Origin: Trypanosoma brucei
Lineage: Eukaryota
Reading direction: 5' to 3'
Length of the DNA: 64,000 nucleotides
NCBI GenBank assembly: GCA_000002445.1
Contig: CM000207.1
Coordinates: 512,001-576,000 of the forward strand
The position numbers and the translations under genes are program-made. The notes under the pieces were generated by a model. It made no database searches and was not told the DNA's origin. It saw only the letters and a program-made list of their open reading frames with translations. Below, in pieces: positions 1 to 11,916 of this stretch (positions within the stretch are counted from its first letter, which is position 1; each line of letters begins with the position of its first letter).

Positions 1-260
1 GTCGGCACTCACAATATTTTCTTTACTTCACTTTCTCCTTTTTCCCCACTTAAAAATACATTCCTTCATGTGGTAGGAATGTATTTGTGTAGACACATTC
101 TAAAGAAGCGAAACAAGGAAAAAGCTTTTCCATTACGCGTAAGTGTTTTTTTTTTCGTTTGCCTTCCTATACATGGTCGTCACTGTAAAATAACAATCAA
201 ACAGCAAAAAAGGTACCTATGTATGACAATTGGTGCCCCCCCCAAAAAAAGTGTATACTT

Positions 261-845
261 TCATCTTAGCAAATAGAGCGATGAAGTTCTCGGAAATTTG
301 CATACTTTCAAGCGGGCATGGAAGGGCCGCTCCCCGCCATCATCATGCGAGTGGTCGACAATGAATGTTACCACAAGAATATCAGTAAGTTTCAGCTCCA
401 GCTGAAGAATACGACCAATATCGAGTCCACATCCCTCGCTAATATCCTCCTTGACGGCCTGCGCCACGAGATCCTTTTTCTCTTCTATCAAATTTGCCCA
501 ATCCGACATGCGAAACCGAATAGTATGTCTGGCAATTCGGTGCCCATTACCTGGTACGGCTGATTGTACAGACACGGAGGGCCTAGAACTACGACAGGAA
601 TCGGCGCATTCTTCTTCTACAGGCATCACGATCTTTTCCTTTGGAGGTGCCTTCTTTAATATTTTAAGACCTTGCGGGAATCTTTTCTTCAGCACGGTGA
701 CAGGAACACTTGGAGGGGCCTTCTCCTCTTCGACCAGTGGCGTATCATTCAGGCACTTGGACTCAGTTTCGAGATGACTGAGAATCCAACTTGGCATACG
801 GTGGCCACGGAGCGATGAGGCACATTCACCATCTGTGGACCCCAT
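261..845 (-). CDS. hypothetical protein (194 aa)
   Basis: Longest ORF in this interval and on the same strand as every other gene in the unit. ATG start verified at 843-845. No recognisable domain. Confidence 0.3.
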   Translation of the reverse strand: MGSTDGECASSLRGHRMPSWILSHLETESKCLNDTPLVEEEKAPPSVPVTVLKKRFPQGLKILKKAPPKEKIVMPVEEECADSCRSSRPSVSVQSAVPGNGHRIARHTIRFRMSDWANLIEEKKDLVAQAVKEDISEGCGLDIGRILQLELKLTDILVVTFIVDHSHDDGGERPFHARLKVCKFPRTSSLYLLR

Positions 846-1385
846 CCCTTCAAGAGTTTCGTAGGACTGTATATATGGGTCACTTAAATACGACCTCTAC
901 GAAAACAACTTGGACACGGGACAAAACAAAAAACAAAGAGCAAAGAAAGAAAGAAAGAGGAGAACCAAGAGGGAAAAGGAGCGGGTGAATGAAGTGATGA
1001 ATTGATTGAATTGAAGGATGACAGCAAACACGCAATAATAGTGAGTGCAGCATACAACAAAATGAATAAATTGAGAAGGGTACATTTTACAGGTATATAA
1101 AAAACGCGGTAACTACTCACCCCTATAATGACGGTAAAGAATCATTAAGGAATAATGAGGACCCCATGACCCAATGCGCGAGGAAACCTTCAACAGGTAT
1201 ATAAGGTGTGGGAAACATCCACCAAGATACCGCATCAATTGCATAAAATACTATCACCATTTAATCCTCACCATCCATTTCGTGGACCACCTCTTCAATA
1301 CCCCCTTTCCCTCCTCTTCCTCCTCCTCCCACGTGGCACACGATGGTTACATGGGTTAGGAGGGAGAGACATAAGGAAAGAAAAA

Positions 1386-1404
1386 AACAAACAAACAAAC
1401 AAAC
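1386..1404. repeat. (CAAA)n microsatellite
   Basis: acaaacaaacaaacaaac. Confidence 0.85.
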
Positions 1405-1725
1405 GTACCAACAAAAAATCATACAATCAAGAATATCATGCGCTCACTCACCTTTAAATACATATGTCCACATATATACATCAACATGAACATAAGGGGG
1501 TGATACTGCATCAAGGCAACAAAGCGGACACACAAGCACTAATTAGAATTTGGGTATTTGAGGGTGTGGACGAAGGAAAAGAAAAAAAACAAGAGGAACA
1601 AAGGAGAAGAAAGAATAACAATAAAATTAACTGCTTTTTTTTTTTTTGGTGTTCTAATACTGTTGCTGGTGGGCCCTTGTCGGCATTGATATGGGAGGGG
1701 GAAGGGGACTTCAAGATAGTCTAGT

Positions 1726-2358
1726 TTAGCTGTCATGTTGCTTGGTAATAACTTTCCCCATCTTGTGGTCAAGAAATAACGTTGCTAACGGGGTACCAGA
1801 GAGAAATACATTACATTCCAAGAAACGTTCCGCGTCCCCCTCTTCAGCACCGCATTCTTCATCCTCAAACGCAACTTCAAAACCTTCCTCTTCATCCTTG
1901 CCGTTTAGCAGTGGCTTCCACCCCGACCCACGGAAACGAACAACATGTTTGGTCGCATTACCGTCACTTCCAGGACCCGAAGACAGCAGAGATAAGGAGG
2001 GACCTCTACCGTTATCGCGCCCTGCAAGCCTCCTGAGAGAAGCGACCTCGTTATTTTCTTTTGATGGAGTTCGTTCTGCAATACTGGCGGCATCAGTTGA
2101 GGGTTCCACAGCTAATATAGTATCCAGTCTCTGTTCCGAGTCGCCAACGGTTGTATTTTCCGGTGACTCGCATGATGTAAATGCGGGGGACTCGCTGTCC
2201 GAAACTGTGGTAGGCTTGCGGCCTGAGCCGCTTTGAGGAGACATAACGGGAGCCGTACCAAGGGGAGTGTTGATGGGTAAATTAAAACGTCTGCGAACCC
2301 AGTCGGGCATGGGGTGCCATGTGAGGCTATTGATTATATCCTCCGCGTAATACGGCAT
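1726..2358 (-). CDS. hypothetical Ser/Pro-rich protein (210 aa)
   Basis: ATG at 2356-2358. Minus-strand ORF consistent with the unit's orientation. A +strand ORF overlaps it on the opposite strand (1742-2236), which I regard as spurious. Confidence 0.3.
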   Translation of the reverse strand: MPYYAEDIINSLTWHPMPDWVRRRFNLPINTPLGTAPVMSPQSGSGRKPTTVSDSESPAFTSCESPENTTVGDSEQRLDTILAVEPSTDAASIAERTPSKENNEVASLRRLAGRDNGRGPSLSLLSSGPGSDGNATKHVVRFRGSGWKPLLNGKDEEEGFEVAFEDEECGAEEGDAERFLECNVFLSGTPLATLFLDHKMGKVITKQHDS

Positions 2359-3915
2359 CTTTCGTAAGTTACTGACTCAATTTCGTATTTATGTAGGATT
2401 TTAAAAGGATCTTTGTATCACAGAAGGAATAAAAAAACAACAACAAGATGAGAAAAAGCAATCGAATACGTCTCAAAGCAAAGGTGACTCGCAAAGCGAA
2501 ATAGTCACGTGAGAGATGACAATAGCAAAAACGGTAAGAACCAATTTATTCTGTCAATCAGAATACGCCACCCACCGACCCACCCACCCACATATATATA
2601 TGTATCGCAACATGTTGGTTATCCTGACTCTCAAGAATTGTTACCAGCTCCTGCCAGACATTTCAAACCCTTGCATGAACAATAAAAACTTTCAACGCCG
2701 GCAGGCCAACCGCTTACCATCTGTATGGTTATATATCATTTTCACACACCACACGGGCATTAAGATGTCTTACAAGTATGTATTTCTCCGAGTGCCCACA
2801 CATATATTTATTGTGATGTACCAAAATGTGTGTATTATTGAAGCATAAATCCAATATGTGTAAAAGAAACAAATTCACTTTTTGTTTCACCGTAGCGAGA
2901 ACGTGCTAGTCGTAGTGTTGGTAAAGGGAAAAAGGTAAGGAAATGTAAGGAAATAAAGGAAAACAAAATAACACGAACCACACGGTTCGATGTCCGTACG
3001 TGCACATGTGCTCCACAACCACGAACGAATGATTAAAGAGAGCTTGTCACTCTTCAACTTGCCTTCTTCAAGAATTTGTCTCATACCTTCATCACCCCAC
3101 ACTGTCGCAATCATCTGCATCGATTCATTTGTCGGTGTACAGACGAAAAATAAATAAATAATAATAATAATACGAATCAAAAAAAAAAAGGCAGAAGATG
3201 GTTTTATGAGAACATGAATGTGTTTGGGTATTTGCGATATGTAAAGATAACAGAATGGCTTGCGACAAAATAAGATAGTTAAATATAAACGAACTAACTG
3301 AAATCCATCAGATCGCAAAACTTTTAATGTCGCGGTGTTTGGAAAATGAAGTTGCAGGTTGCATGCCTTTGTGTAGTTATTCCGTGTCCTTTAACAAAAA
3401 AAAAGGAGGAGGGGAAAACACTCACCTGTGTTGAATCTATTTTCCTCTCACCACTCTGACAGTAGTGAAGGGTATAACAACGAAGCGATGAGGCGGTCGC
3501 TGCAAAGCGGTGTGCGAAACAATCAGTTTAACAAGACTACAATAGGGGGAGGGAATGACGATAAAAATAATTCGAAGACGAACAAATAGACAAAAAAAAT
3601 AATGTTAGAACAGAAAATGAGTGAACCAAGTACATGTAAGTGGGCGTTAGCTACCCATAGGTCAGATGTTCCACATGTTAGAATGCAGCGATGGGACCAA
3701 ACAAAAGTTTTTCACCACCTCGAGGCACGAACCGCAGTCCTACCTAACACAAATTGCCATACAACACAAGGCACTGCGTGCAAAGTCACGCCATTTCCAG
3801 CACAAACCCCCGTTATCTCATTCGCTGGTAATCTCATCTCTCTCCCTTTTCTTCTTCCATACTCAAACCCCAAACACCCTCTCGAGCGTCCCACGCACGT
3901 TGTTCTTTACCCCCG

Positions 3916-5076
3916 TTAGATTTCACTGGGTTTCTGGACGGAGGCGACATTTTCATCTAACATTGTGGCGACATTTGCTACCTTTATATTTATTGCTGCT
4001 TGGCCGTTATCATCAGACGCGCCTGCCTCTCGTCGTTGGATAACCTTATCCCTCTCATAATCCATCATCCGGCGCAGTAGTTTACTGTAGCTTTCAAACC
4101 ATTGAAACTCCTTTGTTGTATAGTCACAGAACTTTCCTTCAGGGTTCATCAGGTACATGATGATGGAGTGGTCCACAAGATAGTCATCCTCGCTCAGTAC
4201 TGTCTCATCAGGGAGAGCAAAGTAAACGCGGTACTGACGCGCCACTGATTCCACTTCTTCCTGAGTGCCCACAAGCCCCAGAATCCGTGGGTTAAAATCT
4301 GCTAGATAATCCCGTATTTTCTCAGGTGTGTCACGGTGCGGATCGAGGGAAATAAATATGGGCTGCCAGTAGTCACGACCCACCTTCTTGTCAAGGTGTT
4401 GAACGACACGGCTGAGCTTTGCCATCTCCTCCGGGCACACATCAGGGCAGTTGGTGAAACCAAAGTAAATGTAGAGCCACTTTCCAAGAAAGTCCTTTTC
4501 AGTGTAGCGGCGCCCATCGACGCCAATTAATGAGAAGGGCCCGCCAATGCTTGGTCCTTCGGGGCTGTCAAAAGCCTTAACCGCACGTAACTTTGGGTCG
4601 AACCGCATTTGCTCACGCCGCACACGAATAGATATGACAACTGTTATAACTCCCAGAGAAAGGAACAACAAACCCCACAGCATCCACGCGGGGCTGTCCC
4701 GCACCTCAGATAACCGCTCACTAAGTTTTCTCCGTTCCGCCTCCTCCTCTCTTTCCACATATTCTTGAAAGGTAAATATCTGTGAGTCCCTTTGCTCCGC
4801 CACGCGAATGTGAATAGGTTTTTCCTTGTCCACAACGTCAATATCTTTTCCACCACCAGTGCCTCCAGTTGAGTGACGTCTCATCATACTAATGGTTATC
4901 ACATCAACCTGGTGAGAAACCGGCCGAGGAGACGCCGCCCGTATCGCCGGTGCAAATGAGGCGCTACTTCCGCATCGGTGCCTGAAAGCAACGCTGATGG
5001 TCCCGCGGTTCTGCAGTAAATTACAAGAAACACTGCAGTTGATCCCTAAATGGACGAGGTGTGAGCCGCGTATCAT
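3916..5076 (-). CDS. SCO1: SCO1/SenC-family cytochrome c oxidase assembly copper chaperone (mitochondrial)
   Basis: Thioredoxin-fold SCO motifs are present: GGPFSLIGVDGRRYTEKDFLGKWLYIYFGFTNCPDVCPEEM (CxxxCP copper site), FISLDPHRDTPEKIRDY, GLVGTQEEVESVARQYRVYF. The N-terminus is Arg-rich and presequence-like, followed by a TM helix (AWMLWGLLFLSLGVITVVISI). ATG at 5074-5076. An internal Met (MMRRHS, about residue 64) is an alternative start. Confidence 0.85.
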   Translation of the reverse strand: MIRGSHLVHLGINCSVSCNLLQNRGTISVAFRHRCGSSASFAPAIRAASPRPVSHQVDVITISMMRRHSTGGTGGGKDIDVVDKEKPIHIRVAEQRDSQIFTFQEYVEREEEAERRKLSERLSEVRDSPAWMLWGLLFLSLGVITVVISIRVRREQMRFDPKLRAVKAFDSPEGPSIGGPFSLIGVDGRRYTEKDFLGKWLYIYFGFTNCPDVCPEEMAKLSRVVQHLDKKVGRDYWQPIFISLDPHRDTPEKIRDYLADFNPRILGLVGTQEEVESVARQYRVYFALPDETVLSEDDYLVDHSIIMYLMNPEGKFCDYTTKEFQWFESYSKLLRRMMDYERDKVIQRREAGASDDNGQAAINIKVANVATMLDENVASVQKPSEI

Positions 5077-6900
5077 TTATTTTCGCACTTCCTCCTCCCT
5101 TTCAACTTTCCTTTCTCTATTCACGTGCAGTGAGGGCACCAATGTGCTTGCTTCAGTGAAGCGAAGCCGTCCCAAGATCAGTTGCTGGAGGTTGCAGACG
5201 CACGTGCACCGAACCACGGAGAATAATTATGTATAAATTGATTTATGTTGCGTGTGAGCGCGTCAAAGCAGTGGAAGAGAGATGCACTCTCCTTTTCCCT
5301 AGATGCAACTTTATACTCTCCCTTCTATTCTTAATACGTATGATGTAATTAACCTAAAGCGGCAGTGGCTCGGCACCAAAACAGGGGAGGGGGTGGGTAA
5401 AACGTGAAAGGTAAAAGGGGCAAAAAAGGAATAAATAGTACAACACACTGCAGAACAAAGAATTATCAAAAAAAAATGAAGAACAAGGGAATGAGGACGG
5501 CCGTCGAGGGAACAGAGTACAGGGGGAAAAGGATGTTAAGGGGTTCGTACACCTCATACAAGCTCCCAAGGGAAAGGGCTGAAGGCAGAGCTGAAAAATC
5601 TATATATATTAAATGCTCCTTTTTTTACTCCTTTCTTCTTCCCCCCTTTTTTCTTTTTGTCGTTTTCTCTTCCATTTCCGCTTTGCAATTCACTATGTTT
5701 GTGGTAAAACTGAAGCCGTGCACTCCAGAGAATGTCATACCATTTGCTGTTGAAACAACAACTGCTCATGAGAGAGATTGCAAATGAGGAATATGAAAAG
5801 TGAAAATAAAAAGAAACACCAACAGTGTCTCCCACGTTTGTCAGTGGGACTTCAACGGTTCCTTCATATTTCTCACAATCCATGGAATCCGAAACCCTTT
5901 TGACCTTTTCATAGTCGGTGGGTATGCCATATATGATGTATATATGCATGTATATGTATGTCCTTCATTTCGTATAAACAGTTTCACATCCTACTTGTTT
6001 CTTGCACATACATGGGTTCCCATCTTTTTGTTTTCACAGATACATTTTAAATCCCCCCTTCCTTCCTTTTCTTTCCGTCTCTTCTTTTTTTTTCTTTTTG
6101 AATTACTGTTCTTCTTCATTTATTTCACTTTTTGCTATGTTCCCTTTTCTTCTCATTCACCTATTCTTCCCTGAAAAAGAACAACTTTTCCCTGCATAAC
6201 ATTATTATTCCTGATATCATCCCCTAATTCGCTTTCATAGTCGCGGTCGGGCACACCTGTACATCCGACCACATTATGGACTCCAGCGCCCCACCAGAAA
6301 CTAGCACAGATGGCTTATTTTGGTTTGGGTGAAGTGTTCAGCATTTTTTTTCAATCCTGGAGAGAATCTCTTTGCTTTTGCTTCTCCCCCATGCACATGT
6401 ACACACGCACACATATATAATTAGAACAAAAATAAAAGAAATACAGATACTTTTCTTCTTCCTTTTTCTTTCCGCTCGATTCAACGGCATGTTTAGTTTA
6501 CCTCTCCTCGCCACATCAGAGGCAAGTCGATCCAATCGCGCTCGACCCCAGCGTTACTTTTCCTTTTTATTATCTTCCTTAGAAAAACCTATGACGACTC
6601 ACTCTTTTACTGCGGTCTTTTAGGTTCCTTCACGTTCTGGGTTCCGCTTCAAAACTTAATACCTCCCAGCGCACAGAAGTGCCAACACGGGCAGAACAAA
6701 CCCGAACGTTCTGACAGCCACCGAGTTACCCATAGTCTGTCTCACTTCCCCCATAGCCAATAGGAGGAAAAGGACAAATCAAATCTGAAAGGGAGACAAA
6801 AATGCATAATACATACAAGAATCTTCAATAATACATGCGCACATTATCCACGCGACGTACCGCCTCCAGTCACATTAGAGTCAGTAACAGTTGGAGAGGT

Positions 6901-9183
6901 TTAAGATGCCTGTTGCACAGATGCATCCTCACTGCCAAGTTCCTCAACATCATTGATACTTGGCTCATCGGCGCCCGGAGCGGCTCCAGCCGCAACGTCA
7001 TTGAAGCTCAGTTCCTCAAGTTCCGCACTCGGGAGTTTGTCTGCTGGATGTTCTGCCGCTGTGGGTGCCTCACCCTCAGGGCCCGGGATATCAGAGTTGG
7101 AACCATCTGATTTCGGGGAGTCACCACCACCCAATTGTTTCATCGTTCCCGCCAGCACTTGATCCCTTCTCACAGCGGATGCCTGTCTCGACGAAGTCTG
7201 CTGTTCTCTCCTCCCACCACGGTCAAAAAAATCATCAGCTGCTTCATTATAACCAAGCAGCGCATAACCGTAGCGCACAGCAGGATCATAGTCACACCGG
7301 ACTTCAGCAATTTCCACGCACGGTTTTCGATAATCTTCATCATCTGTATAGCCATAGTCCTCATCACCGAAGTCTTCCAAAGTCTCCACCAAACCGCTTC
7401 CGGCAAAGTTCAACTCCCACATCCTTTCGCGTCGCAACTGAACCAACCACTCGTCAATACGCAGCTTGCTCATTGATTTCGTCGTTCCACCAGTTAGAGA
7501 ATGGTAGAAGGCACAAACTGTTGGGAAGGCGCAACGCTCTAGCAACGCCTGGAGTTCCTCCTTAGGGGTGCTCTTATCGTGCTCCGTAGTGAACGACGCC
7601 TCCAGTGGGTAACCCTCAAAAGTTAGGTTGGTGAAATTCTCTTTCGGCAATCTGAGTGTCGCAGATGCGTCCTCCTTAAAAGCAGCGTCCAGATATTCAC
7701 GGTGCTCCTCATTATCAAGCACTTCCTGCCACTTATCTCCAGTGAAAAATATGTGCAGATCGGAGTACACTGTGTTCTCAATCCGGCGGCGCTTCTCCAG
7801 ATACAGTTTGTCACGACCAGCCTTCTCCAAGCAGCGGCGCCGCCACACCGTCCTTTCGTGTCGACGATCCACATCCGTGAGGAAGGCATCAAGTTGCCGC
7901 ATCTCCTCCTCATCATCTTCGGTGAACAACTCCTTCTTGCTGAGCTCCTCCATGCGTAACTGCAGTTCGCGCTTCTCCTGGTCATCCCGTTCCTCGGCAG
8001 CGAAGAGAGCCTCAAGTTCGTCAATGTCGTGCAGGTCGTTGACGGTGCGAACTGTCTGCTGCATCTTCAGTACTTCTTCAGGTTGTAGTTGAACATAGAC
8101 GGGAATCTCCTTACCCAGGAGCGTCTTGCTTTCCTTCGGCCCAAAAACAAGTAAAACGCTGTCGAGTGAAACAATATCACTCACAACGCGACCGTTCGTT
8201 GTGCGTTGTACGTAGCATCCTTCAACATTGATAGGTTCCTCTTCATCATTTAGTAGATTAAGTGGTTCTTCACCAATCAAAGCCTGCTTCTTTTCGGAAA
8301 TTTGCACCCCTAACATAGCAATCATCTCACGCAGTCCGTTGACCTCGGTGATAAGAAGAGCTTGTTCTTGGAGTTGAGCGAAGCAACCATCAACGACGCG
8401 TTCCTCCGCCTCCCGAGCTCTTGAACACGCCATCTGCACATTCAGCCACCTCCTAATAACAACTGGAAGTGGAGCACCTTGTAGCGCCTGTGAAGATGCG
8501 CCCTTTCTCTTGCTTTCTTTCAGCGATTCGGCGGGGACCAACGCAAGCTCATTCTTTATCTTCTTCCGTTGCAGTTTCGACAGCGGTGCGACCGTGCAGT
8601 CAAGTTCCATTATCCGCCCAACAAAATCACTTTGACGCATGACAATCTGCATGCTTTCCCAACTTCCATTATGATCCTCTTGTAGGGCAATCATGAGCGC
8701 GCGGACAAGTGAAAACAGTTCCTCAGATGGTCGACCCGCTGAACGTAATTCCCTCCAACTGCGCGCGGGTACTTGTTCAATCGCGGCGCGAACTTGATCA
8801 AGCTCCACCATTTGCTGACGAGTGAACGCCGCTGCAATGGCCTGTTTTTCTTGAGTTACCTCACGGGCACGGTAGAGCCGTTCAGAAGAACGATCCTCAT
8901 CCTCCACCAGCTGCTGGTATTGCTGTTGGAGCGCTTTCAGCTCGTTCAGCCCATCAAGACGATCCTGCTGCACCGCAAGTTCACCCAGTTTTTCGTCATA
9001 CGGTTCAAACCCACCAGGCACGGCATCGACACGATCGAACAATTCGACACGAACGTGCTGACTTGTGGGCAGTCCGATAACACGAGCAAGAGTATTGCTC
9101 CACTCATAATCACCGCCAATCCGTTCCAAGCAAATGTAGTCACTTACATTGACCTCCAAACACGATCTGTTCATTCCCGTCAT
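6901..9183 (-). CDS. dynein-MTBD-like (stalk/microtubule-binding-domain-like) coiled-coil protein, paralog A (760 aa) with acidic C-terminal tail
   Basis: ATG at 9181-9183. Residues ~143-265 align to the dynein heavy-chain MTBD pattern (WRELRSAGRPSEELFSLVRALMIALQED..W.SMQIVMRQSDF..RIMELD ... GAPLPVVIRRWLNVQMA). Coiled-coil segments flank this domain. Residues ~478-562 form one F.G..W..VL...AF module, the same module that is repeated in the giant neighbour. The C-terminal tail is D/E-rich (DEDYGYTDDEDY...). Confidence 0.7.
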   Translation of the reverse strand: MTGMNRSCLEVNVSDYICLERIGGDYEWSNTLARVIGLPTSQHVRVELFDRVDAVPGGFEPYDEKLGELAVQQDRLDGLNELKALQQQYQQLVEDEDRSSERLYRAREVTQEKQAIAAAFTRQQMVELDQVRAAIEQVPARSWRELRSAGRPSEELFSLVRALMIALQEDHNGSWESMQIVMRQSDFVGRIMELDCTVAPLSKLQRKKIKNELALVPAESLKESKRKGASSQALQGAPLPVVIRRWLNVQMACSRAREAEERVVDGCFAQLQEQALLITEVNGLREMIAMLGVQISEKKQALIGEEPLNLLNDEEEPINVEGCYVQRTTNGRVVSDIVSLDSVLLVFGPKESKTLLGKEIPVYVQLQPEEVLKMQQTVRTVNDLHDIDELEALFAAEERDDQEKRELQLRMEELSKKELFTEDDEEEMRQLDAFLTDVDRRHERTVWRRRCLEKAGRDKLYLEKRRRIENTVYSDLHIFFTGDKWQEVLDNEEHREYLDAAFKEDASATLRLPKENFTNLTFEGYPLEASFTTEHDKSTPKEELQALLERCAFPTVCAFYHSLTGGTTKSMSKLRIDEWLVQLRRERMWELNFAGSGLVETLEDFGDEDYGYTDDEDYRKPCVEIAEVRCDYDPAVRYGYALLGYNEAADDFFDRGGRREQQTSSRQASAVRRDQVLAGTMKQLGGGDSPKSDGSNSDIPGPEGEAPTAAEHPADKLPSAELEELSFNDVAAGAAPGADEPSINDVEELGSEDASVQQAS

Positions 9184-9802
9184 TTACCTCAATACTCGCG
9201 TATGGTTTACTCCACGTTGACACGCGTGGTCACTACCCTCGCAGCCACGTGACGCGCACGAGGAGTTTTAACAATAAAAACTTGATAACTCTCTCCTCTG
9301 CTACTTACACTCTCAAGTAAAAAATTAACACAAACTACTTCCTACCTATTACAGTCAGTGATATGCTTAAAAAGATTAATACCTTTATTCTCTTTTCCTC
9401 TTGTCCTCAGGTTTACAGGAAAATACGAAAGGAATCAATCAATCAATCAACATATAAAGAGGATCAGCATCAACACGCATGCAACAACATGATCATCCAC
9501 GAAAAAACATCACCAAAATCACGAGCAGCCGCAGCTACAATACACACACACAAACACACAGATGCGCAAAAACGTACACCGATACCACCTTTCTATATAT
9601 GTCATAAAACAAGCAGCAACAAAAAAGCAACAGAAAAGACACAAACGCACACAAACACACAGAAATTTAAAAATGTTAAAAAACAAATCCACATAAAAAA
9701 CAGCAACAATATATATGCAAAACAGCACAATCAGCACCAACGTACAGAAGCAATATAAAATATACAAACAACAAAAGCTACACACAAAAAGTCAGTAAAG
9801 CA
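7470..9802 (-). repeat. segmental tandem duplication, copy 1 (2.73 kb period): gene A 5' 1.7 kb plus 0.6 kb upstream flank
   Basis: Near-identical to 10210-12535. Offset is 2733 bp at the gene starts (9183 vs 11916). The flank 9184-9802 matches 11917-12535. Confidence 0.9.
8193..8991 (-). other. dynein stalk/MTBD-like domain within paralog A (equivalent region in paralog B at about 10930-11725)
   Basis: Same motif order as in the giant protein. The Trp marking the start of the domain is at residue 143 in both proteins. Confidence 0.55.
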
Positions 9803-10176
9803 AATTAATACGTCATAAACACATAAAACAAACAGCGTAATTGCCGACACATGACGTCACCACAAAGAAGCCGAACCAGATCCAGTGGTAAAGGAGAAAT
9901 CCCATGAATTAGGGTGGCAAACCAAAGATACAAGCAAGAAAGGTGTATAAAGATTGGATACACTTCCAACGCTAACACCATCTAACTGTGAGAAAACAAT
10001 CAGAGGTGCAATTCAATAAGAAATCGCCTGCAGCAGGTAAATAGCATTTTAAAAATGAAAATGCAAAATTAACAAATGAAAGGTTGCAAAGTTACGTAAA
10101 ACTGTTAAACTACAAGCGGTATTTAGGAATAGAAAAAAAAAATTACGACACAACGATAAAGAAACTTTTCAAGGAA

Positions 10177-11916
10177 CTATCCATCAACGTCCTCCCCTTC
10201 CACTGATTCCGTCGTTCCACCAGTTAGAGAATGGTAGAAGGCACAAACTGTTGGGAAGGCGCAACGCTCTAGCAACGCCTGGAGTTCCTCCTTAGGGGTG
10301 CTCTTATCGTGCTCCGTAGTGAACGACGCCTCCAGTGGGTAACCCTCAAAAGTTAGGTTGGTGAAATTCTCTTTCGGTAATCTGAGTGTCGCAGATGCGT
10401 CCTCCTTAAAAGCAGCGTCCAGATATTCACGGTGCTCCTCATTATCAAGCACTTCCTGCCACTTATCTCCAGTGAAAAATATGTGCAGATCGGAGTACAC
10501 TATGTTCTCAATCCGGCGGCGCTTCTCCAGATACAGTTTGTCACGACCAGCCTTCTCCAAGCAGCGGCGCCGCCACACCGTCCTTTCGTGTCGACGATCC
10601 ACATCCGTGAGGAAGGCATCAAGTTGCCGCATCTCCTCCTCATCATCTTCGGTGAACAACTCCTTCTTGCTGAGCTCCTCCATGCGTAACTGCAGTTCGC
10701 GCTTCTCCTGGTCATCCCGTTCCTCGGCAGCGAAGAGAGCCTCAAGTTCGTCAATGTCGTACAGGTCGTTGACGGTGCGAACTGTCTGCTGCATCTTCAG
10801 TACTTCTTCAGGTTGTAGTTGAACATAGACGGGAATCTCCTTACCCAGGAGCGTCTTGCTTTCCTTCGGCCCAAAAACAAGTAAAACGCTGTCGAGTGAA
10901 ACAATATCACTCACAACGCGACCGTTCGTTGTGCGTTGTACGTAGCATCCTTCAACATTGATAGGTTCCTCTTCATCATTTAGTAGATTAAGTGGTTCTT
11001 CACCAATCAAAGCCTGCTTCTTTTCGGAAATTTGCACCCCTAACATAGCAATCTTCCCACGCAGTCCGTTGACCTCGGACAGCAGCGCAGCTATTCGGTC
11101 ATGTTTCACAACCAATCGATCAGCGACGCGTTCCTCCGCCTCCCGAGCTCTTGAACACGCCATCTGCACATTCAGCCACCTCCTAATAACAACTGGAAGT
11201 GGAGCACCGCGCAACAATTTAGGGAATGAGTCACTCTTCCCTCTACGTTCTTTCAGCGATTCGGCGGGGACCAACGCAAGCTCGTTCTTTATCTTCTTCC
11301 GTTGCAGTTTCGACAGCGGTGCGACCGTGCAGTCAAGTTCCATTATCCGCCCAACAAAATCACTTTGACGCATGACAATCTGCATGCTTTCCCAACTTCC
11401 ATTATGATCCTCTTGTAGGGCAATCATGAGCGCGCGGACAAGTGAAAACAGTTCCTCAGAAGGATTGTTTATATTCCTAATAATCCTCCAACTGCGCGCG
11501 GGTACTTGTTCAATCGCGGCGCGAACTTGATCAAGCTCCACCATTTGCTGACGAGTGAACGCCGCTGCAATGGCCTGTTTTTCTTGAGTTACCTCACGGG
11601 CACGGCAGAGCCGTTCAGAAGAACGATCCTCATCCTCCACCAGCTGCTGGTATTGCTGTTGGAGCGCTTTCAGCTCGTTCAGCCCATCAAGACGATCCTG
11701 CTGCACCGCAAGTTCACCCAGTTTTTCGGCATACGGTTCAAACCCACCAGGCACGGCATCGACACGATCGAACAATTCGACACGAACGTGCTGACTTGTG
11801 GGCAGTCCGATAACACGAGCAAGAGTATTGCTCCACTCATAATCACCGCCAATCCGTTCCAAGCAAATGTAGTCACTTACATTGACCTCCAAACACGATC
11901 TGTTCATTCCCGTCAT
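10177..11916 (-). CDS. dynein-MTBD-like protein, paralog B (579 aa; tandem duplicate of A lacking the acidic tail)
   Basis: ATG at 11914-11916. About 99% nt identity to gene A over most of its length, with three short divergent patches. Homology to A ends near 10210, so B terminates early (…TGGTTESVEGEDVDG*) and has its own 3' flank (9803-10209). Confidence 0.6.
   Translation of the reverse strand: MTGMNRSCLEVNVSDYICLERIGGDYEWSNTLARVIGLPTSQHVRVELFDRVDAVPGGFEPYAEKLGELAVQQDRLDGLNELKALQQQYQQLVEDEDRSSERLCRAREVTQEKQAIAAAFTRQQMVELDQVRAAIEQVPARSWRIIRNINNPSEELFSLVRALMIALQEDHNGSWESMQIVMRQSDFVGRIMELDCTVAPLSKLQRKKIKNELALVPAESLKERRGKSDSFPKLLRGAPLPVVIRRWLNVQMACSRAREAEERVADRLVVKHDRIAALLSEVNGLRGKIAMLGVQISEKKQALIGEEPLNLLNDEEEPINVEGCYVQRTTNGRVVSDIVSLDSVLLVFGPKESKTLLGKEIPVYVQLQPEEVLKMQQTVRTVNDLYDIDELEALFAAEERDDQEKRELQLRMEELSKKELFTEDDEEEMRQLDAFLTDVDRRHERTVWRRRCLEKAGRDKLYLEKRRRIENIVYSDLHIFFTGDKWQEVLDNEEHREYLDAAFKEDASATLRLPKENFTNLTFEGYPLEASFTTEHDKSTPKEELQALLERCAFPTVCAFYHSLTGGTTESVEGEDVDG

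Noticed and set aside
1742-2236. +strand 164-aa ORF overlapping the minus-strand 1726-2358 ORF
   Set aside because: All other genes are minus strand. The translation is Ser/Pro low-complexity. It is likely a mirror ORF.
5077-6900. Prokaryote-style -10/-35 promoters, Shine-Dalgarno sites and rho-independent terminators in intergenic regions
   Set aside because: Genome architecture indicates a kinetoplastid eukaryote, where these elements are not used. Matches would be chance.
7628-8092. +strand ORFs inside genes A and B (154 aa, S/R-rich; also 10358-10822)
   Set aside because: They are antisense to well-supported minus-strand CDS, have low-complexity translation, and are duplicated only because the host gene is duplicated.
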